This document shows, piece by piece, positions 63,274-64,000 of a DNA stretch of 64,000 bases (position 1 is the stretch's first letter; every line of letters begins with the position of its first letter). This DNA comes from Opitutales bacterium. GTDB taxonomy: Bacteria; Verrucomicrobiota; Verrucomicrobiia; Opitutales; Opitutaceae. Under the pieces are notes generated by a model. It was not told where the DNA came from. It saw only the letters and a program-made list of their open reading frames with translations, and did no database searches. Location of the stretch: NCBI GenBank assembly GCA_038249085.1, contig JBBRWR010000010.1, forward strand, positions 11,009 through 75,008, written 5' to 3'. The translations under genes were made by a program, and so were the position numbers.

Positions 63274-63457
63274 GCGCCGCGGCGCTTCGTTTTGGAAGCC
63301 AGGCTGGAGGTGAATTCCGGGCACGCGTTGCGCGTATCCGAATTCCCGGGGCGGACGGCAGGTGGGAGCGGCTTTACGCCGCGAGATCACGCGTGCCTTG
63401 CGGCAGGCCTTTGCGGCTCGTCCGGCGTCGGCCTGCCCGGGAGCCGGCCGCCGCCGT

Positions 63458-64000
63458 TCAGTCCAGCTCGACCCGGTAGGCAAAATCGGCCGATCGGGCG
63501 CGCAGCGTCAGTTCACCCTCCCTCACGGCAAACACCACCGGAGACTGGGGCTCACCCCGGGCATTGATTGCAACAACTGAGCGCACCTTCACCGGCCGCG
63601 CCACGATTCGCGCGAGGTGGAGCTGCAAGTCGAAATCCACCCCGTCCGGCAGCGGGGTGATGACGAGGTGATGGTCCGCAGTTTCGCAGCGAAACGCGCC
63701 CGTGGTGGTCGCCGGCCCAAAATCGACTGCAGCCGGCGGAGACCGCCAGCGGGACGAGGCGATGAATGGTTGCGCGGGCGGGACCAGCCGCACGTTGGTG
63801 ACTCCGGTTTGCTTGCCTCCCTCCACGGCGAGGGTGCCGAGGCGATAGCGCCGCCGCGAATCCTCGTCGCCGAGCAGGCGCAGACGGTTGTTGCGGTTCC
63901 TCGGCTCATGCAGGCCAACGAGGATCTCGTATTCGCCGGGAGGCATCCCGTCCGGAATCGTGATCGTCCAGTCGTCGCCGGTGGCTACCCGGCCCTGCCA
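63458..64000 (-). CDS. hypothetical protein, C-terminal part (5' end beyond the window)
   Basis: The frame stays open from the listed ATG (63946) up to nt 64000 (WQGRVATGDDWTITIPDG-MPPGEYEILVGL...). The product looks beta-sandwich-like. No named motif. Confidence 0.5.
   Translation of the reverse strand, partial: WQGRVATGDDWTITIPDGMPPGEYEILVGLHEPRNRNNRLRLLGDEDSRRRYRLGTLAVEGGKQTGVTNVRLVPPAQPFIASSRWRSPPAAVDFGPATTTGAFRCETADHHLVITPLPDGVDFDLQLHLARIVARPVKVRSVVAINARGEPQSPVVFAVREGELTLRARSADFAYRVELD

Overview
This is a very GC-rich bacterial chromosome segment. The gene repertoire resembles a Verrucomicrobiota/Opitutales-type or other PVC-group organism, but that is inference only.

**nt 1-34,600: glycan-degradation locus.** It carries two TonB-dependent receptors with no SusD-like partner, heparinase II/III-like and alginate-lyase-like lyases, a GH55-like double beta-helix protein, GH3 and GH5. 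It also has a frameshifted GH106-like glycosidase, an unassigned GH20b-fold hydrolase, an EF-hand esterase, a leaderless sulfatase coupled to a GPH symporter, and a LamG-GH67-like-GH28 fusion. Several genes are truncated or frameshifted and sit next to GTAGG-headed REP/REPIN-type palindromic repeats.

**nt 34,730-42,614: the stand-out.** A translationally coupled six-gene operon encodes:
- an 873-aa TPR-like helical protein
- a 101-aa J-like protein lacking the HPD motif
- a GrpE-like exchange factor
- a complete Hsp70 paralog
- a 100-aa zinc-ribbon protein
- a RecQ-family helicase

It is followed by a small accessory islet with an HNH nuclease pair, a purine-rich repeat element and VapBC.

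**Remainder of the window.** It carries an ECF sigma/anti-sigma/DUF4097-like module, a beta-propeller-phosphoesterase, a PD40 propeller protein and a sulfatase-esterase fusion. It also has a metallophosphoesterase, a Tat-signal Gfo/Idh/MocA oxidoreductase, an orphan TAXI binding protein and ettA.

I recognised no rRNA, tRNA, CRISPR array, transposase or integrase. All family calls rest on motif recognition by eye, with no database search.
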